The notes: a model not told the origin generated them from the sequence alone. Positions 36,273 through 49,970 are shown, numbered from the whole stretch's first letter. The stretch is DNA of 63,999 nucleotides, filler included, from Octopus bimaculoides (GCF_001194135.2; 7 parts of 7 records of this genome joined end to end with filler, not necessarily neighbours in it), one strand, 5' to 3'. Numbers and translations are program-made.

Positions 36273-36967
36273 GTTAACTAAATAAAAGTAAAAAAAAATA
36301 TGAGTTAGAAGGAACTAAAAATGTGAAAGAGTGAATCTTCTTAAAAAAAGAGTATCTTTTTGCTATATCTATAGACATTAAGTCTACTAAAATAGACCTA
36401 AATAGTTCTCATTGATTTCTTATGGTTGTTGTTGGGTTTGGGGAGATTATCAATTTGGTGCCTGTACCTTTCCGGTAAAAGGTGGGTGGGGGTGAGAGAG
36501 AGAAAGGGAGAGGAGGGGCAGAGAGAAAGTAAAAATGCTAGATTTAACATGTTAACGCACACACCTACATACACATATACTCACACAGACATACATACCT
36601 AAATACTTACACTGAAGTACAGATAAACACATAAACTTGCAATACTTAGTTTATGGGAAACACACAAACATAGATAGGAATCAACAAGGGAGACTTTTAT
36701 GTAGTCACCCGACCTACAAAAGATAGCAACAGTATCTCCCTCAAATAACAATTTACTGTGTTTTTCTATAAGGAAACCTTGTGCAAAATTTAGAAAGAAT
36801 TACACTGGTCAACAAAGAATTTGTCTCAAAAGAAAAAAAAAAAAACGCATACCTGTATCTTGTATGTTTTTGCATGCAGAATTAAAAAAATAATGTCAAA
36901 TTATCTGTATCACCCACAGTTTCTGTTCTACGATATCCTTCTCAGTTCCTGTTATGTGGGCTAAATT

Positions 36968-37370
36968 TCAGTAAGCTGTTGAAATGTGAAGGTAACGGTT
37001 TAAGAAATACTCTGGTTTAATTTCTGGTGTAACTCTGGGAATACGTATTTTCACGCTTCTTCTTCCTCTATAACTTGGTAGTAATGCTATTTTTTCACTT
37101 CTTAAAATGTTGGTCGCATGCTTGGTTGCCTCTTCTATAGTGGCGAACCTCACCTCTACCGTACCGAACTTTCTTCCTCTGTTGATGTACGTGGCTTCAT
37201 TCACAATTTCACCCAAGCACTCCTCGATTTCTTCTTCCGTCACCATTTCAATTTTACAGGTTTCGACAGCCTGTGTACGATACACAACTGTCCTCAGAAT
37301 TTTTTCTTCTTTAGTCTCTTTTGGGGGGCACAATTTGTATGAGTCTCCCTCAACTTCTATCAAATTCCTG
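36968..37370 (-). pseudogene. ORF1/gag-like fragment running into an assembly gap
   Basis: Open frame EEIEECLGEIVNEATYINRGRKFGTVEVRFATIEEATKHATNILRSEKIALLPSYRGRRSVKIRIPRVTPEI, homologous to the 3.5-4.3 kb ORF. Confidence 0.72.
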
Positions 37371-39607
37371 CNNNNNNNNNNNNNNNNNNNNNNNNNNNNN
37401 NNNNNNNNNNNNNNNTTAATTAATTAANNNNNNNNNNNNNNNNNNNNNNNNNNNNNNNNNNNNNNNNNNNNATATATATATATATATATATAACATTCAT
37501 ATTTCACAGGGAAACACACATACTCAGCCACCAACACGCACACGCACACACATCATACATACACACACACACGCACAACCATATATGGATATTTATAGTC
37601 TGTTATATACATACGCTTGCACATATGTATGTATGTATATATGTGTGTATGTATGTATGCATGCATGTATGTACGTATGTATGTATGTATATGTATGTAT
37701 GTATGTATGTATGTACGTATGTATGTATGCATGCATTATGTATGTATGTATGTATGTATGTATGCATGCATGTATGTATGTATGTATGTACGTATACCTT
37801 TCTCCTAATTCAACATTTTCTCAGTTATCGCCCATGTGACACTCTGCAGGACAAACGATAATTGATGGGTCATTTCATTTCATTTCCATACGTATACATT
37901 TCAATAGAACTCAAACAGCAAAACCACCACTACCACCAGCACTAACTTTTTCTTGTCTATCTCACTCAATGACCGTTTGTGTAATTTGGTCTTTACAAAT
38001 GCGAAACAAAAAAGAAAAAAACAGCAAAAATAAACAAAGAAAAAATGAAAAGGTAAAATCTACTATCCAATATCATCTTATTACACATTGATTCACATAA
38101 AGATACATACATCCGCATACAGGTACCCAGGCTTGTGGTAGGTCTTACTGCTTGCTTTTTTTGATCTTGCTGACTTGTCTTCTTCCTCTTGCTTCTTTCC
38201 ACCCTCTTATACATTCTTTTCTACTTCTGGTAAAACCAACTAACGTCGTAACACCTTCACCTTTCTTGTAAATGTTATAAAGCAATTTGTCTTATGACAA
38301 AAGTATATCTTTCAAAGGTATTCATAATTGCTGAACAGGACTGAGTGTCTTCTGTACTCGCAGTAAATTTCTTTTTGGGGGATAAATTAAATCATTCCTT
38401 TTCATAGCGGGGTTTTGCAGTGCTTAGATCCTCAGTCGTATTTGACGACTAACATTTCAATTGATGGATCAACAAAATTATTTACTAAAAAGCCGAGTAT
38501 TGGTTGTAGACATGGACACTTAACATAATCATAATGTAAACTCTGGCCGTTAAGTTTGACCTTTTGGATTACAAGCAGAGCTCATGCAAAGGTCCTCTAC
38601 ATAGTTTAAATTCGCATAATTTTGCTGAAAATGCTTGGGGATAAGACAAGACTTTGGCAGCTAAAATACCTCGCACTATGACTGAACACGTTACTTCCAT
38701 GCTTGCAAAGTAAATTTCTTAATCACTGGACTAGACTTCTTCACTATTTTACTATTCACTGTACAGTAAATTTTAGACAATCCGCATGACTTCCTTTAAA
38801 TACATCAAACATTAGTATAAAGCTGAAAGGTAGGAAAATTTCAAGTAATTAGTAAAATTTAAGACGGAATAGATAAATAAACAAAAAACGACTTAATTTC
38901 TGTTCTATGATATACCGAAAAAATATATTTCAACCCTGAAACAAAATGGAAGAATTCTATGAATATTTTTAGTGACACTGGTAATTGACATAAAAGATAG
39001 GAACATACGTACGCTAATCATATCGATCTCTAAATATAAAACCACTGACATAGTGTTCTTATATAAGGAGGAAGCCAGGTATTTGCTTAGAGGGTGCAGT
39101 CGATTAGATGAGGGGGCAGTACAAAGACAGATATAAGAATGAGATGATAAAATAAAAAGTTGAAAGTGATATCACCCCCCACCCACCTGGTACAGAGGAA
39201 CTGCAACACAGCAATATTCGATTTGAGACACAATCTCGTGTAGACATATAGTGCTAAAAAGCCTAGAAATGTATCACTAGCCGACAAAAAGCGTCCAGGC
39301 TGTGGAATTGTTAATTCCAGATTTCTGCGTCTATACACCTCATAGCCGGCACTTGAGTTTATTGCTCGGTAGCATATCTTGTATGTTTGGTAATATTTTT
39401 CTATATACCTACGCAACCACCAGGTTATTTTACGTAACTTTCCGACTCTTTCACATCTAGACCCACGAAATGTCCAGAATATAACAGCCGTGAAGCAAAA
39501 TGATTGTCTCGGTACCCAGTAAACACATACTCACAAACGTGTTCATTCACACACTTACACTCACACACATACAGAAGCTCATATTCACTAAGCAGGCATA
39601 AAGGAGA

Positions 39608-39614
39608 TATGATG

Positions 39615-39709
<95 letters not shown>
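39608..39709. repeat. (GAT)n microsatellite at a gap edge
   Basis: Directly visible; source of the poly-M/I/H pseudo-ORFs. Confidence 0.98.
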
Positions 39710-40814
39710 NNNNNNNNNNNNNNNNNNNNNNNNNNNNNNNNNNNNNNNNNNNNNNNNNNNNNNNNNNNNNNNNNNNNNNNNNNNNNNNNNNNNNNNNNNN
39801 NNNNNNNNNNNNNNNNNNNNNNNNNNNNNNNNNNNNNNNNNNNNNNNNNNNNNNNNNNNNNNNNNNNNNNNNNNNNNNNNNNNNNNNNNNNNNNNNNNNN
39901 NNNNNNNNNNNNNNNNNNNNNNNNNNNNNNNNNNNNNNNNNNNNNNNNNNNNNNNNNNNNNNNNNNNNNNNNNNNNNNNNNNNNNNNNNNNNNNNNNNNN
40001 NNNNNNNNNNNNNNNNNNNNNNNNNNNNNNNNNNNNNNNNNNNNNNNNNNNNNNNNNNNNNNNNNNNNNNNNNNNNNNNNNNNNNNNNNNNNNNNNNNNN
40101 NNNNNNNNNNNNNNNNNNNNNNNNNNNNNNNNTCTTGAATTCATTTAATGCATGCATAGATGACAAAACTACACCAGCGATATACCATTCAAACACGTAA
40201 CAGATGAACAAAATAACGATTGGTTTACGTCCTTTGTCTGTTGTTTATCTCTGCTCTTTAAATTTTATCCTGCTGGTAAAGTTGTAGTCTTGTCTAGTGT
40301 GTGTGTGTGTGTGTGTGTCTGTGTGTGTGTGTCTGTGTGTGTGTGTGTGTGTATGTGTGTGTGTGTGTGTTTGTGTGTGTGCGCGCGCGCGCGTACGTGT
40401 GTGTGTGTTTGAGGAATTGAGGGAATATGTATGTTTGTGTACCAATGTGTAACTATATTATTAAATCTGTAATGTAGTTTTATACAGGTAACTAGGTGTA
40501 CGATTGTAACTAATAGCGATAGCATGCGAAATTGAAGTAAAAATAGAAATATCAGCAATATGTTTCAGTGAGGAAATAGTCCAGAAGAGGGTTGTGCAGT
40601 CTAAATACGAATATGATAGTATCTCACACATGTAATACATTGAGTAAAAAAAAAAACACCGATGTACGGAGCTTATCCAAGAAATAAACAGACAATGTTT
40701 CCCAATAAGGCTTCTAAAATCGACCCATCCTCCTTAAGAAAGCAACTCCAGATCAGATCAGTTGATTTCATAATTAAACCCGAAAAAAGTTATGCTCGGC
40801 GCTTGGTGGGAGTA

Positions 40815-40930
40815 TTGTTGTCAAATAGAAGCATTGCACAAAGTTGTACAGAAAAAGCGACCATCATTTGTTAACCGTAAAGGGATGCAGGTCTTACACG
40901 AGAATACAGAACCATATACTGCCAAGTCAG
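40815..40930 (+). mobile_element. Short mariner transposase relic
   Basis: EALHKVVQKKRPSFVNRKGMQVLHENTEPYTAK resembles the mariner KRPxLxNRKGVILLHDNARPHTA segment. Confidence 0.6.
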
Positions 40931-42349
40931 CGGCATACAGTATGTATGATAAAGCCGTACCGTTGAACCACACGTAGAATCCATCCGACAGGTTTCCGGT
41001 TAGTTACTTTCATCATTTAGGTAGATGGATATTGGTTGAAAGCCTGTCGGATGAATTCTATCTGTAATTCAAATGTGTAACCTTGTTTCACTCATTGCAT
41101 CACAATGGATTGTTCCGAAGCATCATATAGCTCTTTTCTCTATGACATGAGAAATAAAACAAACTAAATATCTCTCAGTGTAAATGTGTGTTCATAATGT
41201 GTTTTGCCCTTCAATTCCTAGCCCTGTTTCTCCATGTTTCTTTTTATTTACGTATTAATGACTAGAAGCTAGTGTTCATAAACAGGTACCTTTCTGTGAC
41301 GTCATAATTATATTTAAGATATATGCAGAANNNNNNNNNNNNNNNNNNNNNNNNNNNNNNNNNNNNNNNNNNNNNNNNNNNNNNNNNNNNNNNNNNNNNN
41401 NNNNNNNNNNNNNNNNNNNNNNNNNNNNNNNNNNTATATATATATATATATTAATTATTATCGACGGAAGAAATATTAGTATCAAAAGGCAATCTTTATA
41501 TCCAACTTAATGTAGATGTCTTGTTAGAACACCGAATACTGCGTTATTAGGCGCATAGTGCATAAAAGCACACACATGAATCGTAGCAGACGAGAATCGT
41601 CTGCCATGGGCATCAGAACCTTATCAGAACCAAACAAATGTGATAGATGGAATATCAGTATTTTTCAGGCACTCATGTCTCAAATAACCAGCAGGCTTAT
41701 TAAAAATTCATTATTGATGACAGATTTAATATTACTACCAAAAATCAATACTTATATCTAACTTAACACGGATGTCCTTTTAGAACGCCAAATGCTGTGT
41801 TATTAGTCTTGAGAGAACTTTGTTTATGTCCACGCGACATAGCGGTTCGGTAAAAGAGACAGATATATCAAGTATCAGAGTTAAATTGAAAAATAAAAAA
41901 ATAAGTGCTGACATCGATTTATTGGACTTAAACACTTCATTTGTAATTTTTTCATTATTTTTCAGATTATTTCAATTATTCTTGCATATTAGTATTTTTT
42001 ATATATTTTATTCCAGTATGCCTTAAATACACCAACCCAAATCTTATTCACATTTCATTTGCTCTTCTCTTTCTTCTCTCGCCTTCTTTCTTATTTTCTT
42101 CCCTTCTTTCTTTGGTTTCCTTTCTTCCTTCCTACCTTTCTCTCTCTCCCTACTCCCCTCCTCCTTCTCTCTTGTATTCTATCTCGGTGTAATCTGCATG
42201 GGGATATAAGGGATATGTGTATGCATATGTGTGTGTATAGGTGTATGTATGTGATATGCAGCATATGTATGTAAGTGTGTGTATATATATATATATATAT
42301 ATACCGGCCATGACGAAGGGAAATAGCCCTGAAGCTCGAGTCGCCTTTT

Positions 42350-42383
<34 letters not shown>

Positions 42384-42782
42384 TATATATTTGATCCTTT
42401 ATATTGAACACTCAATATTTCATCTACATTCAATACTTTCTTTCATGGTGCCATCCATTTTTATTTTATTTTATTTTATATTGTATATCATATTATATAT
42501 TGTATATTCCATATTCTATACCCCACATTAGTTCTGCAGGAATATAAATAAAACATAAAAAACAGACAGTGTTGGAACTCNNNNNNNNNNNNNNNNNNNN
42601 NNNNNNNNNNNNNNNNNNNNNNNNNNNNNNNNNNNNNNNNNNNNNNNNNNNNNNNNNNNNNNNNNNNNNNNNNNNNNNNNNNNNNNNNNNNNNNNNNNNN
42701 NNNNNNNNNNNNNNNNNNNNNNNNNNNNNNNNNNNNNNNNNNNNNNNNNNNNNNNCCCACCTTTTTTGTATTTATTTTTACT

Positions 42783-42828
<46 letters not shown>

Positions 42829-43917
42829 TTGCGAGGTTCATATATATGTAAATATGTAAGTGTATGCGTGTGTGTGCCTGTGTATATTACAAACTTTACT
42901 TTTTCTCATGATTTCTCTTTTTTTCTTTTTTTTTTTTGTCACTTTTACCTTTATACATATGCGCGTACAGCACATAACTCTTTTAAGTACATTACGATAT
43001 CTAAAGTATGTAGGCACCAAGCTAAGATACGTAGAACGTATAAGAGATGAATTTCCACTCTGGATGAGACGCTACTTAACGGCATGTAACATTCTCAGGT
43101 GACATCGATGTTCACCGGGAACAATTTAGAATTGCGTGTATGTCTGAAAATCACAATACGTCGATAATATACTGATAGACTGATTGAGATAAAGAAGAGT
43201 TCAGGAATTCAATACAGTATCAAAGAAGTTATAAGGACATCTATTTTTTTATGTCCTCATACACACACACGCACACATATGTACGTATATATATATATAT
43301 ACGCATACACACACGCATATAAGCACACACACACACCACGCACACACACACATACACACACACACGCATATGCATATATGAGTNNNNNNNNNNATATATA
43401 TATATATGCATACTTGTATGTATGTGTATATGTGTGTATATATATATATATACTAAACCCGCCATTTGTACCATGCTTAGGCTTTAGGCTCCTGTGTAAC
43501 CACAAAAATACAGAGGTTCACCTTTGCCTCTCATACCTTTAATCGGCGATTCATCGAACGTATGAGTGCTAAAGGGAATGAAAGCTGAATCACACTTAAC
43601 TGGTACATTCTTGAACGATTCTAACGACGCAGAACACAGCCGGAACCAGTGATGTCACATATATAGCCCAACGCTTTAACAAACGAAGCAGCTAGTCGCC
43701 CATCTTATATTAATACCGTATCGCTGGTGAGCGCATGTAATAAGATATAACACAGTTAAGATTGTTGCATAGTTGCAAAGTGAAGGCAAAAACCACAGCC
43801 ATGCTAACCATGGTTGGTGGGAAGTGGGATATTTAGCTATATTTTGTGGTGAAAAAAGAAACAAAATGAGGCAATAGATTATCACCACTTCCGTACCGTC
43901 ATCGCAAGGAAGGTTTA

Positions 43918-45129
43918 TGAGGAGTGTTCATTAGAAATTTCCCTTGACACACTACTAGATACTGCAGGAAACGGAACTTGTACAGATATAATTACACCTG
44001 TCTGTACAAGTCACATTGTAAATTGTAGCTTTCCATTTGTATTCTTTCATCTTTTACGGCTGCTAAGGTGTTATAATGGAGGCAGCTGAATGCAGATCAG
44101 TGATCAGGTTGTTATACTTAAAACGTCGTACACCAAAAGAGACTTTCGTCGTACACCAAAAGAGACGATGCACCATCATACGACGTAGTCAAGCACTGGC
44201 ACCACCAGTTCAAATGTAGTCGGACACCGGTGGAAACTGCCATTTTGGAGGATCACCGCATAACTATTCGGCAACTAGCCCAAGAAGTGAAGGTAAGTGT
44301 AGGGTCCGTGGAAAAAGTAATTCACGACGATTTGCACATGCGGAAGTTGTCTGCCCGATGGATTCCCTGGATGTTCACACCTTTTCAGAAGCAGGAACGA
44401 ATCAATTGCTCCCAGGCTCTTTTGGCAATGTGCCAAAAAAAAAAAACCAAAAAAAAAAACCAGGAGGTCTTATCTCACAGGTTGAAACATGGGTCCATCA
44501 CTATGATCCTGAAACTAAAGTCAAGTCGAAGCAATGGAAGAATGATAACTCACCACTTCCAAAGGTGACTCGTGGCCAACCCTCATCAGGTAAGATGATA
44601 CTCACAGTATTTTTGGACCAGCGCGGAGTAGTGATGATGGATTTTCTGGCAGAAGGGCACCAAAATTAACGGGGCATTGCTTCTCTGCTACAGAAATTGC
44701 GGGACGCCATCAAAGCAGAGAGGCGTGGCATGCTGACCAAAAGAGTCCGCCTCCTCCAAGGCAACGCTCCAGTTCACAATGCGCATGTTGCCTAGATGGA
44801 AGCACACTCCTACGTCTATGAAATCAGTCCTCATCTTCCTTACTCTCCCGATCTTGCAACATCTGACTTACACATCTTGCCAAACATGAAGCCTTTTTTG
44901 AAGACGAAACACTTTTCGGATGATGATGAGCTTATTACCGAGGTAACGTCTGAGCTCCAGACGCAACCTATTAATTTCTACAGACGAGGCATTCACAGCT
45001 GCATAAATCGAAAAGAGAAGCGTGTCACCATTGGTGGTGGCTATTTAGAGAAGGGCTAATAATTATGCCAAGTTTTGTTTATCCAAGTCCTTGGGAAGTG
45101 GGTCAGAAATCTTTAATGAACACCCCTCG
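43918..45129 (+). mobile_element. Near-complete degenerate mariner element (~1.21 kb)
   Basis: TIRs tgaggagtgttcattagaaatttc / gaaatctttaatgaacacccctcg. ATG ~44077 (MEAAECRSVIRLLYLK), WVHHYDPETK, LLQGNAPVH (D to G), HLPYSPDLATSD, GGYLEK. Frameshifted. Confidence 0.93.
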
Positions 45130-46158
45130 CATAAGATAGAGATGTCTCAAATCCTCAGTTTCCTGCGTGACTGTATTCTCTGCTGTTAGCGTGTGTATGG
45201 GGTAGAGTCTTGCTTATGTTCAAAATTGAAGCGCGTACAACTGTATGTGTGTGGGTATGCGCGCGTGCGTATATTACCCGTGCACTGGCATATTCGCACA
45301 CAATCACGCACACACACATATAAAAACACACGCACACACATATAAAAACGTGCACACGCTCACAAACGAGTACTCTCGCCAATACATTCACATATGCATT
45401 CAATTAAACTTGGAGCACTTTGTTTGGGTTGAATACCTGGAAACCATTAATTTCTTTCTCCCACTTCTACATGTCACTTCTGCTTGGTAGCTACTCACTC
45501 TTTTGGCGGGCTGACACCAAAGCACGCACACACAAACAAGTGTCTCATTTCTTGCAGCTTGCCTTCCCCTTGCACCCACCCTAAACTTTTGTTTCCCTCT
45601 CATTGCCGTTCACCGCTTTCTTCCCTAAAACACGGCTTAACAAAATCTGATTTTTCATCATGATGTAAGCTATTTCATCTTCCTGTCCCTGTCGGATAGT
45701 ACTGTAACCAGGGCAATCGTTACAATTTTCCAATTTCCAATTTTAACAATTTGTTTTGACGTTTTAGTAAGTCTATAAATTCGATTTCTTTTCTACTCGC
45801 AAAATTCAAACATTTTCCTTTCAAGTCTGAATTTTAGCTCAAACCTTCTTTCTTTAGATTACAGCTGCACTCCTCGAAAACGATTTCCTACTGCTACGTG
45901 TTTTGTTATGTACGTGCATGCGAAATCTGGTTCAGTTGATACACGTGAAACGATGTTTATGTACGTTTGAATTTGAGGTTGCACGCAAATATTATTTCGG
46001 GAAAAGTTGTTCTATTGTGCAGTTGGTATACAAGTGCTTTTGTTTATATATACGTGTAAAAGCGCAAAGCCGGCATTTCTGATACCACAAAATGCAACTT
46101 CTAAATTCACCTGATCATTAGCACTGTCGCTGTTGAAAATGTCACTAACCCAGTCGTA

Positions 46159-46215
<57 letters not shown>

Positions 46216-46394
46216 NNNNNNNNNNNNNNNNNNNNNNNNNNNNNNNNNNNNNNNNNNNNTTAATTAATTAANNNNNNNNNNNNNNNNNNNNNNNNNNNNN
46301 NNNNNNNNNNNNNNNATATATAGACAGATAGTCAGATAGACAGACAGATAGATAAATGGATTTATATACATGCACACATGTGTGTGTGTGTGTG

Positions 46395-46444
<50 letters not shown>

Positions 46445-46966
46445 ACACATATGGGTTTAAAGGTTCACTACAGCTGTTTCAGGTATCTTTTTTATTGATG
46501 ATTAGATTGATTACAACAATTACATCATGAAAAGACTGTTTTCATCAGGTGATTAAAATAATGAGAAAAAAATTACATGTAGAACAATCCTCTTTGTTAG
46601 CCATCATCAAAGAGATGAGCCATCTCTTTGAAGATGGCTAACAGAAAGGATGATCTTACATCATGGAATTTTTCTCTCCTAACTAAATTTTAATCACCTG
46701 ATGAAAAAAGTGTTTTCATGATATTGTAATCGAACAATTCATCCAAAACAGCTGTAGTGGACATTTAAACTCATTTGTATTCCTCTTTTATGCAAACATC
46801 ATACCTGGAACCTTCCCAAGCTGGGTCTAGAAATTGCATCAGGTCATGAACCTACATGTATGTATATGTATATATGGAGATATGTATGTATAGGTTATGT
46901 ATATTTATGCGCTAATCTCAACACTTTCCTGGTGTCCTTGATCCTAACAAATCCAACAACTGATTA

Positions 46967-47012
<46 letters not shown>

Positions 47013-47372
47013 GGTTTGGAGGTGATGTACAGGTATTCATCATCATCATCATCATCGTCGTTTAACGTCCGCTTTCCATGCTAGCATGGGTTGGACGATT
47101 TGACTGAGGACTGGTGGACCAGGAGGCGACACCAGGCTTCAATCTGATTTGGCAGAGTTTCTACAGCTTGATGCCCTTCCTAACGCCTAGCACTTGCATC
47201 TACTCTAATAGATTCTTCAGATTTGAAGAATCTATTAGAGTAGATATATGATTTATGAAAACATGTGACATATTAATAAAAATCTGTAAATGTACAACCA
47301 TCCAGATCTCTGAATACCTTATTATTTTTTCTAATATATATATATATATACATATATGTATACTTATATGTA

Positions 47373-47434
<62 letters not shown>

Positions 47435-47436
<2 letters not shown>

Positions 47437-48904
47437 GGGTTATTCAAAAAGAATGAACTGACTTCACTACCCAATATGTTAATAAAAGAAATTAATAGAA
47501 AACCCCAGCTAAGTTACAAGTATTTACTCACAATCAACTTCTCTTTCCTGTTTTACAAGTGTTCAATGTGGCCACCACCTGTAACACAGGCAACATTAAT
47601 GATATAAGAGAATACCTCCCAGATGCGTATCAGCATATCACGATCCACTGAGTTGATCGCTGTTATTCAATGTTTAAGGGTATCGAGGTTAGTGGGTAGC
47701 GGTGGAGTTTTCTAAGTTTTGAATGGCTGCCACAGGAGCACTGTAGTCGCAACATTCTTCCAGCAACTTTCAGTTGTGTGTTTACACTCAGAATGGTGGG
47801 TCCTCAACAAAAAGCATTCCGCGTTCTCAAGTTTGTGAAAACAAATTCGGTAGTCATGGTGCAGCGTGCTTTTTGAAGTTAATTCAACATTAATCCATCC
47901 TCTCCTAAGAACACTCAGTGGTGGTTTCAACAGTTTCAAGAGGGTGGGTGCTTGTGTAAAGGAAGAAGTCCAGGACGACCACGAGTTTCAGAGAAACAAG
48001 TGGTGAGAATCCATGCTGCATTTGAGAGGAGCCTGCGGAAGTCCACAAACTGAGCTAGCCATGAGCCTGTGATCCCTCAATCCACTATCTGGTGTGTGCT
48101 AAGAAGAAGAGGTCTACATTTGAAACCATACAGACTATGCCTCGTTCAAGCATTTACCAATGATGACAAGAGGAATCGGATGGAGATGATGGAAGACGAA
48201 ACTTTCATTTCATGTTTAATTTTTGGTGATGAAGTAACTTTTCACTTGAGCGGCACAGTCAATGTGTGTATTTGGGGAATGTGCATATTTGAGGAACAAA
48301 ACACGCACATGGAACAGTTGAGCATAAAAGAGATTACCCTAAGGTGAACATCTTCTGTGCTGTGTCTCAGGACAAGGTTTATAATCCCTTTTTCTTTGAA
48401 GGAAACCTCATTACAGCACAAACCTATCTCGACATGCTCCAAAACTGGCTCTTCACTTCACTGCAAGCAGATTCGCATGAATTCATTTTTCAACAAGATG
48501 GAGCACTACTCCATTGGAACCTGATGGTTTGAGCTTTTTTAAATGAAAATGTTCCCCAGCAATAGATTGGTTGGAAAGGAGCCCAAGACCTTGTTCTTTG
48601 TGGATCCCCGGACCTCACAGTGTGATTTTTTCTTGTGGGGATATGTGAAAGATCGTGTTTATGTTCCACCACTACCCACTAACTTTGATGACCTTAAACA
48701 TCAAATAACAACAGAGATCAACTCAGTTGATTGTGATATGCTGATATGCATCTGGGAAGAATTCTGTTATCACATTAATGTTGCCTGTGTTACAGGTGGT
48801 GGCTACATTGACAGGAAATAAAAGTGGATTGTGAGTAAATACTTGTGACTTAGCTGAAGTTTTCCTTAATAAAATACTGGGTTCATTCTTTTTGAATAAC
48901 CCTG
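47435..48904 (+). mobile_element. Tc1/mariner element, probably DD41D (rosa/Visitor)-like, with long TIRs
   Basis: Perfect 24-bp terminal IR CAGGGTTATTCAAAAAGAATGAAC, TA on the right. Transposase from ATG 47793 with GRSPGRPRVS, FGDEVTFHLSG, FQQDGA, CDFFLWGYVKDRVY. Family call rests on a rough D-D spacing estimate across frameshifts. Confidence 0.9.
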
Positions 48905-48907
48905 TAC

Positions 48908-49071
48908 ATAGGTGCAGGAGTGGCTGTATGGTAAGAAGTTTGCTTACCAGCCACACGGTTCCAGGTTCAGTCCCACTGCATGGCACCTTGGGCAAGTGTC
49001 TTCTACTCTAGCCACGGGTCGACCAAAGCCTTGTGAGTAAATTTGGTTAACGATAACTGAAAGAAGCCTGT

Positions 49072-49135
<64 letters not shown>

Positions 49136-49185
49136 TGTGTTTGTCCCCCCCCACCATTGCTTGATAACTGATGCTGGTGTGTTTA
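48908..49185 (+). mobile_element. Family-1 SINE next to the transposon end, running into a gap
   Basis: ggtgcaggagtggctgtatggtaag head and core. Confidence 0.88.
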
Positions 49186-49806
49186 NNNNNNNNNNNNNNN
49201 NNNNNNNNNNNNNNNNNNNNNNNNNNNNNNNNNNNNNNNNNNNNNNNNNNNNNNNNNNNNNNNNNNNNNNNNNNNNNNNNNNNNNNNNNNNNNNNNNNNN
49301 NNNNNNNNNNNNNNNNNNNNNNNNNNNNNNNNNNNNNNNNNNNNNNNNNNNNNNNNNNNNNNNNNNNNNNNNNNNNNNNNNNNNNNNNNNNNNNNNNNNN
49401 NNNNNNNNNNNNNNNNNNNNNNNNNNNNNNNNNNNNNNNNNNNNNNNNNNNNNNNNNNNNNNNNNNNNNNNNNNNNATTTCAAGCATGTAGGAATTTTGA
49501 AGGAAACAACTGCAGGTTATTTTTGAGAAGTGTTCCCCACTCAGTGGTGTTTCGGAGCAAGTCGTCCATATTTGTTTCATTTTTCTCTATTATGTGCTTA
49601 TGTGCATCCTTAGATTTCTAATGAAGCAATAGGCAGTGAAGAGAAACTGTCATAAGAAAACTTTTAACTACCTCTATTCCTTTCTCCCCTTCTCTCTACC
49701 TCTTCCTCTCTCGCTCTCTCAAACGCATACACGTGCAAGCACACAATCATTCAGTAAAATATAACTCATGTTAGTCAATGTTTTGTAAATATACCACGAT
49801 TTTCAC

Positions 49807-49970
49807 TAGGGTGTTAGGGTTAGGGTCTTAGGGTCAGGGTAAGGGTTTAGGGTTAGGGCTTAGGGCTAGGGTTACAGTTAGGGCTATGATTAGTGTTATG
49901 GTTATGGTTTTAGGGTCAGGGTTAGGGTTAGTGTTAGGGTTAGGTTTAGGGTTTTAGGCTTAGGGTTGGG
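49807..49970 (+). repeat. Degenerate TTAGGG-like array (~26 units)
   Basis: Mix of TTAGGG, TCAGGG, TAAGGG, CTAGGG, TTAGTG and TTATGG. Confidence 0.92.

Noticed and set aside
38100-38620. Protein-like minus-strand stretches (KLLYNIYKKGEGVTTLVGFTRSRKECIRGW)
   Set aside because: Stops in every frame, no recognisable family and no convincing splice sites.
41480-41810. Diverged ~75-bp direct repeat pair as possible LTRs
   Set aside because: No TG..CA ends, PBS, PPT or TSD; more likely an old local duplication.
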